Source: Alphaproteobacteria bacterium (GTDB lineage Bacteria; Pseudomonadota; Alphaproteobacteria; Bin95). Taken from it: a stretch of DNA of 64,000 nucleotides. A program made the translations under genes and the position numbers. Shown piece after piece: positions 60,611 to 64,000 of this stretch (positions are counted from its first letter, which is position 1; every line of letters begins with the position of its first letter). Below the pieces are notes generated by a model. The model did not search any database, had not been told where the DNA came from, and saw nothing but the letters and a program-made list of their open reading frames with translations. Where the stretch lies: positions 28,262 to 92,261 of the forward strand of contig CBDBCB010000016.1 in the NCBI GenBank assembly GCA_965202745.1. Reading direction: 5' to 3'.

Positions 60611-61370
60611 CTAAATCATCACGGAGAAGCCGCCATCCACCGGAATGGCCGTGCCCGTCACAAAGTCGGAGCCAGGGCTCGCCAGGAACACCGCGATGCC
60701 GGAATGGTCGTCGGGCCTGCCCCAGCGCCCCGCCGGGGTGCGGTCCAGCACGCTCTGGTGCAGGCCGTCCACCTGCTCCCGAGCCTTGACGGTCAGCGCG
60801 GTGTCAATCCAGCCCGGCAGGATGGTGTTCACCTGGATGTTGTCGATCGCCCAGGAGGTTGCCAGCGACTTGCCCAACTGGACGATCCCGCCCTTGCTGG
60901 ACGAATACGGTGCAGAGAACGAAGCGCCGAAGATCGACATCATGGAGCCGATCATGATGATCTTGCCGCCGTCCTGGGCCTTCATCGGCGCGTAGACGGC
61001 CTGGGAGCACTTGAAGGCGCTGGTCAGGTTGGTGGTCAACACCTCCTGCCACTCGGCCAGATCATAGTCCTGGGGCTGCTTGCGGATGGCGGTGCCGGCA
61101 TTGTTGACCAGGCAATCGATACGCCCGAACCGGTCCAGGGTCGAAGCCACCATGGCATCGCAGGAGGCCGAATCTGCCACGTCCACCACCACGGAGTCTG
61201 CATCGACACCCATGCTTTTGAGCTTGGCGACCGCCTTCGGCATTCTTCTCCGTGTTCCGCCCCGCCACCATGATGGCCGAGCCCGCATCCGCCAGCCCCT
61301 CGGCCATACCCAGGCCGATACCACCGTTTCCACCGGTTACCAGCGCAACGCGGCCGGAAAGGTCAAACAT
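60611..61370 (-). pseudogene. Short-chain dehydrogenase/reductase, frameshift near 61232-61240
   Basis: N-terminus MFDLSGRVALVTGGNGGIGLGMAEGLADAGSAIMVAGRNTEKN is in one frame. The rest (AVAKLKSMGVDA...NNAG...YSSSKGG...) is in another. Confidence 0.65.
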
Positions 61371-61504
61371 TTTGGAAGGCATGGGGGTCACTCCTTGGAA
61401 ATACCTATCGGGAATGCCGTTGCGGCAAGGATTGTTGTTGAGAGATCGTTAGCGCTGCAGCCCCGCATAGGCAAGCTCCGCCCTATGCAGCTACCACGCG
61501 CTCC

Positions 61505-62521
61505 CTATAGTGACGGGCAATCAATCGCTCCCAAATCACAGAGACATCTCCAATGGACCTCCCTGTCCCATCCAGGAAGGTAATATGGCTGTTTCCTGAC
61601 CAGCTCTAGTTTGAGTTTTCGCCATCCCTTCATTGCCTGCAAGGGCGTCTTGCTGCCCAGGGCTGATTGCGGCAGCGGCTGGGTGTAAAGCCAGACATAG
61701 CGAAGCAGCGTGGCTTCCAGAACCTCGCCGGATCGGAAGGGATGGCTCTGCAGAACCTCTTCGATGCGGCCATTGAACCGTTCGACCATACCGTTGGTCT
61801 GAGGTGACCTAGGCGGCGTCAGGCGATGATCGATATCGAGGGCGGCGCCCAGCGTGTCGCATTCATGCGCGCCTGTTGCGGCGCGCTGGCGCAGACCGAA
61901 GAGGCGATCCGTGAACTCTTTTCCATTATCCGGGAGTATGGGGCGGATCCGCATCGGGCAGGCGCGCTCCAGGGCGCGCAGGAAGCGCCGGGCATTGGCC
62001 GCTGTCTTGCTGTTGTAGACCCTGACAACAACCCAACGCGTTGCCCTGTCGATGGCCACGAAGAGGGAACGGCGGCGGCTCTCTCTGCCATCGGTGGCAA
62101 GTATTTCAGGTCGATGGGGATGGAACCGGGTTCATAGGCTTTGAAGGCGCTGTGCTTTGGCCGGGGCGATGCTGCTTTCAGGGCGCGCAGGGCCCCCACG
62201 CCATGCCGACGCAAGCAGCGGTCAAGGCCAGAGCGGGAGGCCTTCGGGTTCAAGAACTCGCGCACCACCGCCAGCAGATCATCCAGCGAGACCAAAAGCG
62301 TCTTGCGGAGGGCCACCGCGACAGCTTCCTGCGCTGGCGTCAACGTCGTCTGAAGGCGATGGGGCGTGTGGCTGCGATCCTCCACGCTGGCACCATTTCC
62401 ATACGGTCTGTTCCGTGGTCCCGTGACGCTCGGCAAGAACCCACGCAGGGTCGTCACTGGCCTGTATGGCCGCCCTGATCTTCGGTGGCGTCGTCGCCTG
62501 ACTGTGAAGCTTGATCACCAT
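61505..62521 (-). mobile_element. Degraded IS481-family insertion sequence (transposase split over three frames)
   Basis: N-terminal HTH part MVIKLHSQATTPPKIRAAIQASDDPAWVLAERHGTTEQTVWKWCQRG. Middle part ...RPKHSAFKAYEPGSIPIDLKYLPPM.... rve-core part ...DNGKEFT...HRLTPPRSPQTNGMVERFN. All are in different minus-strand frames. Confidence 0.6.
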
Positions 62522-62689
62522 GTCGCTCTCCCATCCCGCGCCTCGGTCAAAACACAGCGTGCCATGAAAAACGCAGAGCGACGAGGGGCTATCTGATCAG
62601 CCGGGATGGAACACTTAGCTCCCGGGTCAACAGAAATCGCCGATTTCGCTTTTTTCACTGAGCCCAAAATGCCTCACAAATTGTTAATG

Positions 62690-63118
62690 TCAGCTGGACG
62701 GGCTGCGCACTGGAATGTTCAAAGGTGCCATTTGCGCCGGCCGCGGCGCACCGGACAATTCCGGTGCCGATGCCGGCCCGCCAGCAGACGAACCGGCTGC
62801 CCGCGCAGCTTCGGCTTCCAACAGCCGCACTTGTTCCGCTCTGGCTTCCGCCGATGGCAGACCTTGCGGCATTGGCGGAAAATCGCCCAGTTTCGGGAAC
62901 GGGGCATCCTGGCTCTGCGGCTGCCTCGACAACCGCCAGGGTCTGTCAGACGGCGGCGGCGAGATGTCGTTCAGCCAGTCAGAGGACTCGCGATAGCCAC
63001 CAGCTAGCGACCCGCCGCCACACGCACCGGCAAGCAAACCGGCAGCGACGGCCGTCACCACGGCCAACCAACGCCGGGTCAGTTTGAAATTGGTCAAAAG
63101 CAGCGCTGTAATTACCAT
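62690..63118 (-). CDS. Hypothetical lipoprotein (Pro/Ala-rich)
   Basis: Signal peptide plus lipobox (LAVVTAVAAGLLAGAC). The sequence is low-complexity, so this could be spurious. Confidence 0.3.
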   Translation of the reverse strand: MVITALLLTNFKLTRRWLAVVTAVAAGLLAGACGGGSLAGGYRESSDWLNDISPPPSDRPWRLSRQPQSQDAPFPKLGDFPPMPQGLPSAEARAEQVRLLEAEAARAAGSSAGGPASAPELSGAPRPAQMAPLNIPVRSPSS

Positions 63119-63229
63119 GTAATCTTCTATATGTAGATAACGCGTCGAGCATATGCGTGTTTAAGGACCGACTCCATCCCCGGCAACTCTGTTGTTACCG
63201 GAACGCGGCAGCGGCAGAGGACCAGAGAG

Positions 63230-64000
63230 ATGACAGAGGCGAGCAATCCATCATCCGAAATGACCAAAGAACTGGGTGAACTGGCTGAGCGTAGCCAGAA
63301 ACTGGTTCAGGATTTTCTGGCCCGTACAGCGGCAAGCGGTGCGCCGGAAGCGGATGGCGATGTCGACCCCGGCGGCATTGGCCGGGCGTTTCTGGAAATG
63401 ACCCAGAGCATGATGAGCGATCCGCAAAAGATGGTGGAAGCCCAAACCCAGCTTTGGCAGTCCTATATGCAACTGTGGAGCAATACGACCCGCCGCATGC
63501 TGGCCCAGGAAGCGGAACCGGTCGCCGCTCCGGTAAAGGGCGACAAGCGCTTCCGGGATGCCGAATGGTCAGAGAATTTTGTCTTCGACTACATCAAGCA
63601 ATCCTACCTGTTGGCCGGCCAGTGGCTGATGCACAATGTGGAAGACACTGAATTCCGCGACGATCACACCCGGGAAAAAGTTAATTTCTACATGAAGCAA
63701 TTCGTGGACGCGATGGCACCGACGAACTTTGCCGCCACGAACCCGACCGTGCTCAAAGAGACGGTGGAGACCCGCGGTGAGAACCTGGTACGCGGCCTGA
63801 ACCATCTGCTGGAAGACCTGGAAGCAGGCCAAGGGTCGCTGAAGATCCGTCAGACCCCGCCCGACACCTTCGAGGTCGGTAAGAACATTGCGGTCAGCAA
63901 GGGCAAGGTTGTCTTCCAGAACCGGCTGATGCAGCTCATGCAGTTCGAACCGGCTACCAAAACCCAATTCGAACGGCCATTGCTGATCGTGCCGCCGTGG
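63230..64000 (+). CDS. phaC: Class-I poly(3-hydroxyalkanoate) synthase, 5' partial (runs off the window)
   Basis: The ORF is open from ATG 63230 to the window end. PhaC N-terminal region present (FVFDYIKQSYLLAGQWL...FVDAMAPTNFAATNP...LLIVPPW). Confidence 0.8.
   Translation, partial: MTEASNPSSEMTKELGELAERSQKLVQDFLARTAASGAPEADGDVDPGGIGRAFLEMTQSMMSDPQKMVEAQTQLWQSYMQLWSNTTRRMLAQEAEPVAAPVKGDKRFRDAEWSENFVFDYIKQSYLLAGQWLMHNVEDTEFRDDHTREKVNFYMKQFVDAMAPTNFAATNPTVLKETVETRGENLVRGLNHLLEDLEAGQGSLKIRQTPPDTFEVGKNIAVSKGKVVFQNRLMQLMQFEPATKTQFERPLLIVPPW

Overview
High-GC (about 65%) chromosomal window, most likely from an alphaproteobacterium. Positions 1-8489 hold the 3' part of a Mu-like transposable-phage remnant: DUF3164, GemA/gp16, a DNA methyltransferase, Mor, an HNH endonuclease, a spanin-like protein, DUF3486, the large terminase, a DUF935 portal and the Mu F protein. 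There are no capsid or tail genes, and the remnant abuts a truncated CoA-transferase gene. The rest is mostly housekeeping or catabolic genes. These include several family-III CoA-transferases, acyl-CoA dehydrogenase, ADP-forming acetyl-CoA synthetase, dapD-dapE, purB, htpG, a SUV3-like helicase, fdxA-carD, panE, two TauD-family dioxygenases, an MFS efflux pump, a carboxyltransferase, the start of phaC and a tRNA-Ala(CGC). There are also a sensor kinase, an RTX serralysin-like protease, an RTX animal-type haem peroxidase, two VPLPA-CTERM proteins, a class-III adenylate cyclase with TPR repeats, an LLM monooxygenase and a degraded IS481-family element. About 20 of roughly 65 genes are disrupted: frameshifts are scattered across the window and commonly sit at short homopolymer runs, and there are three in-frame stops (two TGA, one TAG) that are all G-to-A changes on the plus strand under my reading of the ancestral codons. 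This is either heavy pseudogenisation or assembly indel error, and I cannot tell which from sequence alone. The three most interesting findings are (a) a roughly 1.2-kb low-GC islet (55563-56760) with a stand-alone sigma-70 region-1.1-like protein next to a STIR-superfamily (TIR / nucleoside 2-deoxyribosyltransferase-like) protein, (b) a low-GC three-gene islet (17880-19800) of unknown function with a poly-A(8) frameshift, and (c) a divergent complex-II-like operon in the order FeS-TM-TM-flavoprotein, with Cys instead of the FAD-linking His.
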